Part shown: positions 42,104 through 50,709 of the stretch, in pieces
Layout of the letters: each line of letters opens with the position of its first letter
Position numbering within the stretch: the first letter of the stretch is position 1
Assembly (NCBI GenBank): GCA_965223465.1
Contig: OZ245025.1
Location: 845,900 to 909,899 of the forward strand
DNA: 64,000 bases
Direction: 5' to 3'
Origin: Candidatus Poriferihabitaceae bacterium
GTDB taxonomy: Bacteria; Pseudomonadota; Gammaproteobacteria; Arenicellales; Poriferihabitantaceae
Translations under genes and position numbers: made by a program
Notes under the pieces: model-generated
What the model saw: the letters and a program-made list of their open reading frames with translations, nothing else
The model's database searches: none
What the model was told of the DNA's origin: nothing

Positions 42104-43309
42104 ATGCAATTGTTTTCACCAGTAATCGCTCGGTATAGTTTGCTTGGTTTGCTGCTAATAGCACCCGCTCAATTGTCAGCCGAAAGTTTTGAACCTCGAT
42201 TGATCGAAGGACTGGACTCCCTACAGTTTAAAGACGAACGCGCCACCGAATCCAAAATCAGCGCATTACTGGAAGATTATCCCAATAGCCAAACCGCCCA
42301 CTTATTGATGGCGGATTTACTCGCGGCGCGGGCCGGTATTATTGACCCCAATGCGCTAAGAAATGACTATCAGGATAACAACGCATTGCGACAACTCGAC
42401 GGATTGCGCGACGAATTACGCCTGCGCTGGAATCAGATTAATACGCCCAGCCCGGCGCAAAGAGGATTAGTGCCAGCCTCGATCATTCAACTCGCGCCTA
42501 ATCGTAAGACCATCATTTTTGTGGATGCAGCAAACGCTCGCCTATACACCTATAAAAATGATAATGGCGCCTTGTCACTGGTTATGAACAACTACGCAAC
42601 GATTGGCGAAAAAGGAGCTTACAAGCAAATAGAAGGCGACAAGCGTACCCCTATTGGGGTGTACCACATAACGCGCTATATCGATGATAAAGAGCTTCCA
42701 CCGCTTTACGGTACGGGTGCTTTTCCGATCAATTACCCCAACGAAATCGACCGGCGCCAACAAAGAACGGGCTATGGGATATGGTTGCATGGTACACATC
42801 CAGAATCGTTCAACCGGGTACCCCTGGCCAGCGATGGCTGTGTCGCGATGAGCAACCCTGAATTTGATTTACTCAAGCCATTCGTGGATGTCATGGCCAA
42901 AACACCGGTCATCATCGCCGATTACGCCAACTGGGTCGAGCCCGAGCACCTTGACGTCACCCGAAATTTTTTCAACGATCTGCTCAATCGCTGGGTTGAA
43001 GATTGGGAAAGCCGAGACCCCAAGCGCTATTTAGCGCACTATTCAAAAACTGCCTTTCAAAGCAGGGATCATGATTATGCCAGCTGGGCAGCTCACAAAA
43101 CCAATATCAACACCAGTAAAACGCTGATTGACGTCACCCTGAGTGATATCAGCTTGTTTGCCTATCCAGGAGAAACCGATATGGTGGTGGCAGAATTTCA
43201 GCAGCAGTATCATAGCAACAATTTTGACTCCAGCTCCGCGAAAAGACAGTACTGGCAGCTAGATCAGCGCGATAAGCAGTGGAAAATCATCTATGAAGGA
43301 CCACAATAA
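42104..43309 (+). CDS. L,D-transpeptidase (YkuD domain) with a C-terminal NTF2-like module
   Basis: YkuD catalytic motif (GIWLHGTHPESFNRVPLASDGCVAMSN, His...Cys). The signal peptide starts at MQLFSPVIARYSLLGLLLIAPAQLSA (ATG 42104; the track ORF begins at 42056). The C-terminal module (LLNRWVEDWESRDPKRYLAHY...) is paralogous to the previous gene. Confidence 0.8.
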   Translation: MQLFSPVIARYSLLGLLLIAPAQLSAESFEPRLIEGLDSLQFKDERATESKISALLEDYPNSQTAHLLMADLLAARAGIIDPNALRNDYQDNNALRQLDGLRDELRLRWNQINTPSPAQRGLVPASIIQLAPNRKTIIFVDAANARLYTYKNDNGALSLVMNNYATIGEKGAYKQIEGDKRTPIGVYHITRYIDDKELPPLYGTGAFPINYPNEIDRRQQRTGYGIWLHGTHPESFNRVPLASDGCVAMSNPEFDLLKPFVDVMAKTPVIIADYANWVEPEHLDVTRNFFNDLLNRWVEDWESRDPKRYLAHYSKTAFQSRDHDYASWAAHKTNINTSKTLIDVTLSDISLFAYPGETDMVVAEFQQQYHSNNFDSSSAKRQYWQLDQRDKQWKIIYEGPQ

Positions 43310-43311
43310 TC

Positions 43312-44469
43312 GTGGAACGGATTTTGTTTATCAGCCCGCAGCCCTTTTTTCAATGGCGCGGTTCCCCAATACGCGTCAAGTTTGTTCTGCAGGCGTTTAG
43401 CGAACTGGGATATCAAGTTGATTTATTGACTTTACCTTTCGGCGAAGACGTCAGCATACCCAACGTACGCATTTATCGTGTGCCCAATTTATTCGGGGTG
43501 AATAATGTTGCGATTGGCCCGTCCGCAGTAAAAGCGCTGTTTGATATCGTGCTTTTTTTCAAAGCGATCAGCCTGTTACGCAAACAACGCTACGATGTGA
43601 TTCACGGTATTGAGGAAGCCGGTTTTCTCGCACTGGTTCTCAGCCGATGGTTTAAAACCAAGGTGGTATTCGAAAAACATTCTGATCCGAGCTCCCACCA
43701 CAAGGGTAAATTACGCAATGCTATCCTTTCCGTATATGCCTGGATAGAACGGTTTACCGCACGTAGAGCCGATTTAATCATTGGTACGGGCGACGGATTG
43801 GCAAACCAAATCAGGCGTATGACACCCAAAGGCGAAGTTTTCGCCATTTTCGATATTCCTTCCTCACTGGTCGAAGCGGACGAAACCATCGCTCTGCAAA
43901 TCGCAAACTCATTACGCCAACGAGAGACAGAAACCTTGGTCACTTTTGTGGGCTCCTTTGCGGTGTATCAAGGGATTGAGTTATTGTTTGAATCGATTTG
44001 CGAGGTGCTCAAGCAAGACAAACCAATCCGCTTTGTGATTATTGGAGGTAACCAAGAAGAAATTGAACAAAGAAAAACACAACTAATAAAAGATAAGATA
44101 GACCACGGCGTCACCTTTGTCGGTAAAGTTCCGCCAGACGAGTTACCCAACTATTTACGGGCATCCGATATTTTGTTGGTGCCGCGTCATTCGGGGGTAA
44201 ATACGCCGCTTAAGGTTTTGGATTATTTCAAGGCAGGACGTGCTATTGTGGCCACCGACGTGCCCTCTAATCGACTCATCTTAGATGAGCAAACCGCCGT
44301 ATTCGCACCGGCTGACGCGCAGCACTACGGTGAAAATATAATTAATTTAGCTGAAAATCGTGTTTTGAGATTGCAATTGGGAGAAAATGGCTTACAGCGG
44401 TATCACGATAAATATAATTTTAATACGTTTAAAGCTTTGATTGGCCAAGCCTACAAAACCATTGTTTAA
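43312..44469 (+). CDS. Glycosyltransferase, GT-B fold (family 4-like)
   Basis: 385 aa with a GTG start 2 nt after the LDT stop. GT4-type layout, with an N-terminal acceptor domain and a C-terminal donor domain carrying an E-x7-E-like region (PRHSGVNTPLKVLDYFKAGRAIVATD). Confidence 0.8.
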   Translation: MERILFISPQPFFQWRGSPIRVKFVLQAFSELGYQVDLLTLPFGEDVSIPNVRIYRVPNLFGVNNVAIGPSAVKALFDIVLFFKAISLLRKQRYDVIHGIEEAGFLALVLSRWFKTKVVFEKHSDPSSHHKGKLRNAILSVYAWIERFTARRADLIIGTGDGLANQIRRMTPKGEVFAIFDIPSSLVEADETIALQIANSLRQRETETLVTFVGSFAVYQGIELLFESICEVLKQDKPIRFVIIGGNQEEIEQRKTQLIKDKIDHGVTFVGKVPPDELPNYLRASDILLVPRHSGVNTPLKVLDYFKAGRAIVATDVPSNRLILDEQTAVFAPADAQHYGENIINLAENRVLRLQLGENGLQRYHDKYNFNTFKALIGQAYKTIV

Positions 44470-44474
44470 GCTCC

Positions 44475-45257
44475 ATGCACACTTCGATATTAGACACCCA
44501 TTTACATTTATACCCTGAGTACGATCTTTCACGTGCATTCAACCAACTACTCGATCGAAGCGCCCATTTTGGCCCGAATGTATCGCGTATTGCTTGTTTG
44601 GCAGAGCGCCATGATTGTCAATTTTTTCAAGCGCTCAGTCGAGGCGAAATAACGCTAGAGACATTTGAAATTGTTAATACTCGCGAGAATGAAATCAATC
44701 TTAAACGCCAAAGTGATCAACTCAGCGTATGTCTACTACCTGGTCGGCAGGTCATCACCCAGGAGAACATTGAAATACTGGCGCTGGCGTGCCCCGAATT
44801 GATTGATGATGGGCAACCCGCGCTGGATGTTATTTATCAGATCAATCAATTAGACCGAGTTGCGGTCGTTGCCTGGTCACCAGGTAAATGGTTTGGCAAG
44901 CGTGGTGAGCTGGTTAAACAGTTAATTCAAGGCCTAGAAACCACAAGCTTTTTGATTGGCGATACCACGTTGCGCCCCTATGGTTGGCAGACGCCTATGC
45001 TGATGAAGCAAGCAATAAATAAAGGATTCGGCGTGGTTGCGGGCTCCGACCCGCTGCCTTTCTCAGGCGAAGAAAAGTGGTTGGGTAGTTATTACACAGT
45101 CGCACAGACTGAGAACCCGCTTGAGGCGACAGAACTATTGCACGCGATTAAAAATAATCAAAATGTTCAATGGTCAAACCATGGCACCCGAACCCACCCA
45201 TTTAACTTGTTTAATCGCTTGCGCAGGAATGCAGCAAACAAAAAGCACTTAAGCTAG
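44475..45257 (+). CDS. Hypothetical protein, possibly a metal-dependent hydrolase (N-terminal DTHLH motif)
   Basis: 260 aa, starting 5 nt after the GT4 stop. An ILDTHLHLYPEYD motif resembles the HxH of amidohydrolase/PHP-like folds, and a VAGSDP motif lies near the C-terminal third. I recognise no family with certainty. Confidence 0.45.
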   Translation: MHTSILDTHLHLYPEYDLSRAFNQLLDRSAHFGPNVSRIACLAERHDCQFFQALSRGEITLETFEIVNTRENEINLKRQSDQLSVCLLPGRQVITQENIEILALACPELIDDGQPALDVIYQINQLDRVAVVAWSPGKWFGKRGELVKQLIQGLETTSFLIGDTTLRPYGWQTPMLMKQAINKGFGVVAGSDPLPFSGEEKWLGSYYTVAQTENPLEATELLHAIKNNQNVQWSNHGTRTHPFNLFNRLRRNAANKKHLS

Positions 45258-45264
45258 CCCTTAG

Positions 45265-46149
45265 TCAAAGAATTAACGCCAACACGACAGTTAAAATTAC
45301 GATCGACATGGCATTACCGATAATCACCACTGAGGCAACCGACTGCGGCGATTGCGAATACTGATCTGCAAACAGATAGTTCAACACCGCTGGCGGCATG
45401 GCGGCAAAAAGTAACAGTAGTTTTTGCTGAAATGGGTCTAGGGGTAGAAATTTGATCGCTATCAGCGCTGCGAGCAAGCCTACTAGTGGGCGCACCAGAC
45501 CACCCAGGATACCGATGCTAATATGGCTGCGATTAAACTTTGCCATGCGAATCCCCAATGATACCAGCATTAGTGGAATAGCAACCTGACCGGCCATTTT
45601 GATCGGAAGCGCAGCGACATCTGGAATCGAAACGCGCATGAGGCTGACCGCCAGCCCCAGCATGGTCGCGACGTTTACTGCGTTAAAGAACACTTCCTGA
45701 AAATGCATCCTGCCACTCACGATCCGCACGCCGAGGGTAAAATGCAGCATGTTAGAAACAATAAAAAGCACCAAAGCCAGTTGTAACCCGGGTGTACCAA
45801 ACGCGAGTAACGCCACCGGCAACCCCATATTACCGCAATTATTAAACATCATCGGGGGTAAAAAACTCGCAATCGACTGCTTGCTGATACGCGCAACTGG
45901 CCAGGCAAGAAAACCTGAGCCAATTACCACAATCGCACCCGCGATCAGCACCCAGGGATACTGTGCGATATCAAAACTCTTTTGGGTTAACGCATCGAAC
46001 ACCAGTGCCGGAACAAACAGACGCATATTAAGCTGATTAACCACACGCACATCCGAAGGATAGCGCTTGGCGTAAAACCACCCCAAGGCAATTAGCACAA
46101 AAACCGGGATCAGTACATTGGCGACCCGTAGAAAAAGTAAATCACTCAC
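45265..46149 (-). CDS. AEC-family (auxin efflux carrier-like) permease
   Basis: 294 aa with about 10 TM helices and AEC-type sequence. Its start overlaps the lutC stop by 4 nt. Confidence 0.8.
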   Translation of the reverse strand: MSDLLFLRVANVLIPVFVLIALGWFYAKRYPSDVRVVNQLNMRLFVPALVFDALTQKSFDIAQYPWVLIAGAIVVIGSGFLAWPVARISKQSIASFLPPMMFNNCGNMGLPVALLAFGTPGLQLALVLFIVSNMLHFTLGVRIVSGRMHFQEVFFNAVNVATMLGLAVSLMRVSIPDVAALPIKMAGQVAIPLMLVSLGIRMAKFNRSHISIGILGGLVRPLVGLLAALIAIKFLPLDPFQQKLLLLFAAMPPAVLNYLFADQYSQSPQSVASVVIIGNAMSIVILTVVLALIL

Positions 46150-46766
46150 CTTTGGCGAACAATGACATGCAATTGAATTGGCCCATGTGCGCCATAGACC
46201 AACGTTTGTTCGATGTCCGCCGTTTTCGACGGGCCGGAAATCATGTTTAACGCGCGAGGCATACCAGCATCACGGTTACGAATAATAGACAGCCCTTGCT
46301 CCAGATGAGGGACGATATCTGTCTCATTAAGAAATACGATACAATTGTCGGGTAGAAAATTGGCTAGGGTGGGCCGTACGACACCCGAGGGCAGCAATAC
46401 GGTGCCCGTTTCGGCAATCGCATAGGGTGCCTGGACCAACACCGTTTGGCACATTGCAAAGTCCTCACAAGGGTAAAATGCCAGATCTGGGTGAACCGCA
46501 TATTCTGCCGCCTTCATGGCAGGCGATACGCCAACCCGTAATTCGCCATTATTGCGCTGCAGAAAATCCATGATGGATTGCCCCGCCATGACTGGCGAGC
46601 TAACCAGATCGACACTGGTATGCACCGCTTCGAGTTTTTGCTTCAGTCTGCTGACCAGATTATCGTCTGCGGTATTAAAATCCGGTAACACCGACTCGGG
46701 GGCAAACCCTTCATCGCTTGCCCCTGTAGGCAAACTGGTCAGTATTTTTTGTCGGCTATTGGCCAT
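46146..46766 (-). CDS. lutC: Lactate utilisation protein C (LUD domain)
   Basis: 206 aa LUD/YkgG-like protein. Third gene of the lutABC arrangement. Confidence 0.8.
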   Translation of the reverse strand: MANSRQKILTSLPTGASDEGFAPESVLPDFNTADDNLVSRLKQKLEAVHTSVDLVSSPVMAGQSIMDFLQRNNGELRVGVSPAMKAAEYAVHPDLAFYPCEDFAMCQTVLVQAPYAIAETGTVLLPSGVVRPTLANFLPDNCIVFLNETDIVPHLEQGLSIIRNRDAGMPRALNMISGPSKTADIEQTLVYGAHGPIQLHVIVRQR

Positions 46767-48174
46767 AATGACGCCTCCTTTTCACCTGCTGCTGAAAGGT
46801 CTTGCCAGATGCACGCATCAACGCCCTACCCGTTTTCCAGTTACCCAGAAAAGGAGTTAGTTTCTGTAATACGGGCCATTTACCCAACACATTTATTGTG
46901 CCCGCGCCCATACGGGTAAATACGCTGTACAACCAAGGAAAGGCATTCAGTTGTTGCCAGAAGCGCAATCCCGCACGCTCGGTCAAAGATGGTTTGGCCT
47001 GTTCAAATGCGTCAATTCTATGCTGTCGGATCAGGTCCGAGAGTGGAATACTCATTGGGCAGACCTGTTTACAATGTCCGTTCATGGTACACGCGGAGAT
47101 CGTCCCCGGCGTGGATTCAACGCTGCGTAATAACGGCGTCAATGCCTGCCCAATTGGCCCGGGATACACCGTTTCGTAGGCATGGCCACCGACTTTGGCA
47201 TACACCGCGCAATGATTGATGCAGGCGCCGCAACGTATACACCTTAGCACATCCTGATATTTACTTCCGACCACCTCACTGCGCCCATTATCCAGCAACA
47301 CGACATGGAACTGCTCCGGCCCGGCGAACTCATCCTCATGTTTTGGGCCGGTAAACAAACTGGTGTAAGTGGTAATTTCCTGGCCCGTCGCACTGCGGCC
47401 CAATAAACGTAAAAAAGTGGGTAAATCTTCCAATTTAGGAATGACTTTATCGATACTGGCGGTGACAATATGTATTTTCGGAATACTGGCGGTGAGGTCC
47501 CCATTACCTTCGTTGGTTACCAGCACGGTTGAGCCGGTATCCGCGATCAGAAAATTAGCGCCGGTAATCCCCACATCCGCAGCCAAAAAGGCTTCTCGTA
47601 AACGCAATCTTGCTTCGTACACCAATTCTTCGCGGCTTCGATTAGCAGGTAAATCCTGTTGATGAAATTGGTCAAATAGGACTTCGATTTCCGCCTTGGT
47701 TTTATGCACTGCGGGCGCGATAATATGGCTGGGCGTTTCTTTGGCGAGTTGAATAATATACTCACCCAAGTCGGTTTCCATCACTTCAAAACCTGCCGCT
47801 TCAAGCGCGTGATTAAGCTGCATTTCCTCTGAAATCATGGATTTGCCTTTGGTGATCCTTTCAGCGTCGGCTTGTTTGCAGATATCCAACACAATCTCAT
47901 TTGCTTCTTGTGTCGTACTGGCCCAGTGGAGCTGCCCGCCACTAGCTTCAACCGCTTGTTCAAACTGCTCTAGATAGTGCGCGAGATTGCTCAGTGTATG
48001 ATCCCGGATCGCCTTTGCGCGCGCTTTGATCTGGGTAAACTCCGGTAATGCATCAATCGCAGCCTGGCGTTTATCGACAAAACCACCCCGTGCCTGACCA
48101 AGCGCATCCTGTAGCTTGTGATCATTCAGCGCTTTGACCGACGCTTTTCGAAAACCTTTTAGTTTTGCGCTCAT
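46756..48174 (-). CDS. lutB: Lactate utilisation iron-sulfur protein B (LutB/LldF)
   Basis: 472 aa. LUD domain plus two 4Fe-4S ferredoxin motifs (CIRCGACINHCAVY; CTMNGHCKQVCP). Confidence 0.9.
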   Translation of the reverse strand: MSAKLKGFRKASVKALNDHKLQDALGQARGGFVDKRQAAIDALPEFTQIKARAKAIRDHTLSNLAHYLEQFEQAVEASGGQLHWASTTQEANEIVLDICKQADAERITKGKSMISEEMQLNHALEAAGFEVMETDLGEYIIQLAKETPSHIIAPAVHKTKAEIEVLFDQFHQQDLPANRSREELVYEARLRLREAFLAADVGITGANFLIADTGSTVLVTNEGNGDLTASIPKIHIVTASIDKVIPKLEDLPTFLRLLGRSATGQEITTYTSLFTGPKHEDEFAGPEQFHVVLLDNGRSEVVGSKYQDVLRCIRCGACINHCAVYAKVGGHAYETVYPGPIGQALTPLLRSVESTPGTISACTMNGHCKQVCPMSIPLSDLIRQHRIDAFEQAKPSLTERAGLRFWQQLNAFPWLYSVFTRMGAGTINVLGKWPVLQKLTPFLGNWKTGRALMRASGKTFQQQVKRRRHYGQ

Positions 48175-48890
48175 TGCTTGACGGCCTCAGCTAATAACTG
48201 GCTAAAATGTTTGACTTTTATCGGCTTCCCAAGCGCATCCAGTCTGCCCTGCAAGTGCATCAGGCAACCCCAATCACCGCCACATAACACATTCGCATCA
48301 GTTTGCGCCAAGGCCTCAATTTTATCGTCAGCCAGGCGGCAGGATATCTCCGGATGTTTGACACAAAAAGTGCCGCCAAAGCCACAGCAGGCTTCGGCAT
48401 TGGATAGCTCCGTCAATTCTAGGCCCTTAATTTTGGATAGTAAATCGCGTGGCTGTTGCTTGATTTCAAGCTCGCGCAGCCCCGAACAAGAGTCATGATA
48501 GGCAACTTTATACTCGCCCGACGCACTAAACTGTGGCGCGACCACCTGGCTCAAAAACGCGCTTAACTCGTAACTTTTCTCACCCAGAGCGTACATTCTG
48601 CTTTGCAGATTTTGATCATCAAACAATGCGGGTGCATGGCACTTAAGCATGGCCGCGCAGGAACCAGATGGGATAACCACATAATCATAAGCCTCAAAAG
48701 CTGCCAGCCATTTTCGCGCCAGCGCCTGCGCGCCTTTAAGATCCCCATTATTGTAGTTTGCTTGCCCGCAACAACCTTGTGAAGGCACGCTTACCTCGCA
48801 GCCTGCGGCCTCAAGCAAGCGCAGTGTTGCCAGGCCAATATCTGGATTCAGTGTATCGACAATACAGGTAGAAAAAAGCGCGACCTTCAT
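48171..48890 (-). CDS. lutA: Lactate utilisation protein A (LutA/LldE, CCG-domain Fe-S oxidoreductase)
   Basis: 239 aa with two cysteine-rich CCG domains (CCGQ..., CCGFGGTF...). Confidence 0.9.
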   Translation of the reverse strand: MKVALFSTCIVDTLNPDIGLATLRLLEAAGCEVSVPSQGCCGQANYNNGDLKGAQALARKWLAAFEAYDYVVIPSGSCAAMLKCHAPALFDDQNLQSRMYALGEKSYELSAFLSQVVAPQFSASGEYKVAYHDSCSGLRELEIKQQPRDLLSKIKGLELTELSNAEACCGFGGTFCVKHPEISCRLADDKIEALAQTDANVLCGGDWGCLMHLQGRLDALGKPIKVKHFSQLLAEAVKQ

Positions 48891-49594
48891 GAGGCGAGCG
48901 CGATGGTAACCCGCCGATTCAGCTTGCCTTTCTTATTAATACTCTGAATTATCACCTCTCCGATTTCTTTACTGTTAGCGACATGCGTACCCCCACAAGG
49001 TTGCAGATCCACCCCAGAAAATTCCACCAGACGAACCTTACCCGCACCCATGGGTGGCTGGACGCTCATGGTACGCACCAACTCTGGTTGCGCTTTTAAT
49101 TCATCATCGCTTATCCACTTCAGCGTCATCGGGTGATCACTGCTGGTTAGCTGATTCAGCGCTTCATTCATAGCCTGCTTGTCAGGGGGTTCGGGTAGAT
49201 TAAAATCCAGGCGCGCCGTTCCAGTATCACTAATACTCCCACCAGTGACAGGTGCGGGTACCACTGCGCATAACATATGCATACAACTATGCAAGCGCAT
49301 AATTTGGTAACGGCGCTGCCAGTTGATCTTCGCATGCACCGAATCGCCAGTTTTGAGCGAGGTGGTCGATTCAACAATATGCCATAGCTGCCCGCTTTGC
49401 CGGTCTTTAATAGTATCTAACACGGCAATTCGTTCACCATTATCACGTATCAACACGCCTTGATCACCCGGCTGCCCACCGCCCATCGGGTAGAATACGG
49501 TTTGATCCAAGCCAATTTTGTCGTCTTCCAGGTGGGTAATGTAGGCTTCACAACTTTGCATGTAGCCATCTTCACGAAACAGTTCTTTGGTCAT
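48887..49594 (-). CDS. Free-standing alanyl-tRNA editing protein (AlaX-type, second additional domain of Ala/Thr-tRNA synthetases)
   Basis: 235 aa with zinc-binding editing motifs HSCMH (HxxxH) and CGGTH (CxxxH). N-terminal beta-barrel-like region (VFYPMGGGQPGDQG). Confidence 0.8.
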   Translation of the reverse strand: MTKELFREDGYMQSCEAYITHLEDDKIGLDQTVFYPMGGGQPGDQGVLIRDNGERIAVLDTIKDRQSGQLWHIVESTTSLKTGDSVHAKINWQRRYQIMRLHSCMHMLCAVVPAPVTGGSISDTGTARLDFNLPEPPDKQAMNEALNQLTSSDHPMTLKWISDDELKAQPELVRTMSVQPPMGAGKVRLVEFSGVDLQPCGGTHVANSKEIGEVIIQSINKKGKLNRRVTIALAS

Positions 49595-49673
49595 CTTTTT
49601 ATCGCCCGTTTTTTAAGCAGACTATAATCAACCCGAAGGTAAATCACCATGCGCAAAGGTAAATTAATTCAAT

Positions 49674-50507
49674 ATGGACAATAAGGCTCACCAATACGTA
49701 TTCGTAACGGGCTGTTCTTCGGGTATCGGTCTGGATGTAGTCAAAACCCTGAAAGCAAACGGTTACAAAGTACTCGCGAGTTGTCGCAAGCCGTATGATG
49801 TAGGTAAGCTGTTACAGCAAGGTATCGATTGCTTAGAACTGGATTTGGCAAAATCAGATTCGATTCAATCCGCCATGCAGGAAATCAGGGATTTTGGCGA
49901 ACTGTACGCCCTGGTCAATAATGGTGCGTTTGGGGTGCCCGGCGCGGTAGAAGATCTCAGCCGCGAGGCCTTACGATACCAATTTGAAACCAACGTGTTT
50001 GGGACGCATGAACTGACCCGAGAATGCCTCAAACTGATGTTGCCTAATAACTCTGGGCGCATTATTCAGATTAGTTCGATTCTCGGTGGGCTGTGCCTAC
50101 CGTTTCGTGGCGCTTACAATGCGAGTAAATATGCGTTAGAAGGCTTGAGTGATACACTGCGCCTTGAGTTGAGTGATACCGATATCCATGTTTCGCTGAT
50201 CCAACCTGGCCCGATTACCAGCGAATTTCGCGCCAACGCATTGTGCAATTTCAAGCGCTTTGTAGACCCAGAAAATAGCCGTTTTAGCCAAAAGTACGCC
50301 GGCGTTGAGGAACGCCTTACCAGTACAAAACCGGTTCCTTTCACCCTGCCGGCTGCGGCGGTTACTGATGCAGTCATTCATGCCCTGGAGTCAAAACGGC
50401 CTAAAGTCCGCTACCGGGTCACCCGCCCAACTAAAGTACTCTTGCCGCTTAAGCGCTTATTACCTGACCGATGGATGGATAAAGTTGTGCTAAAGGTCGG
50501 AGATTAG
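49674..50507 (+). CDS. Short-chain dehydrogenase/reductase
   Basis: 277 aa. TGCSSGIG cofactor motif, NNGA, and the YNASK catalytic tetrad element. Confidence 0.85.
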   Translation: MDNKAHQYVFVTGCSSGIGLDVVKTLKANGYKVLASCRKPYDVGKLLQQGIDCLELDLAKSDSIQSAMQEIRDFGELYALVNNGAFGVPGAVEDLSREALRYQFETNVFGTHELTRECLKLMLPNNSGRIIQISSILGGLCLPFRGAYNASKYALEGLSDTLRLELSDTDIHVSLIQPGPITSEFRANALCNFKRFVDPENSRFSQKYAGVEERLTSTKPVPFTLPAAAVTDAVIHALESKRPKVRYRVTRPTKVLLPLKRLLPDRWMDKVVLKVGD

Positions 50508-50518
50508 CAGACCTACGA

Positions 50519-50550
50519 CCATTGCTGTCCGAAACCATTGCTGTCCGAAA
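50519..50550. repeat. Perfect tandem duplication, 2 x 16 bp (ccattgctgtccgaaa), plus a partial third copy
   Basis: Read directly from the sequence. 50519-50534 equals 50535-50550, and the next 3 nt (cca) restart the unit. It lies 12 nt downstream of the SDR stop. Confidence 0.95.
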
Positions 50551-50630
50551 CCAACTTTCATATTGATTTTATATACCATTAGAAGCATAAAAAAACATAA
50601 CTTTGACCGTGATCAGCATGCGAGTTTTAC

Positions 50631-50654
50631 TTCAAGAAAACCAACAATCTTGAA
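50631..50654 (+). terminator. Weak AT-rich hairpin in the convergent SDR / DUF924 spacer
   Basis: ttcaaga-N10-tcttgaa followed by ttcgtt. The stem is short and AT-rich, so terminator function is uncertain. Confidence 0.2.
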
Positions 50655-50709
50655 TTCGTTGCGTAAAAGCTGCAAATTACCTTGTTTCGTCAACTAGCGG
50701 TTTAGAGAA

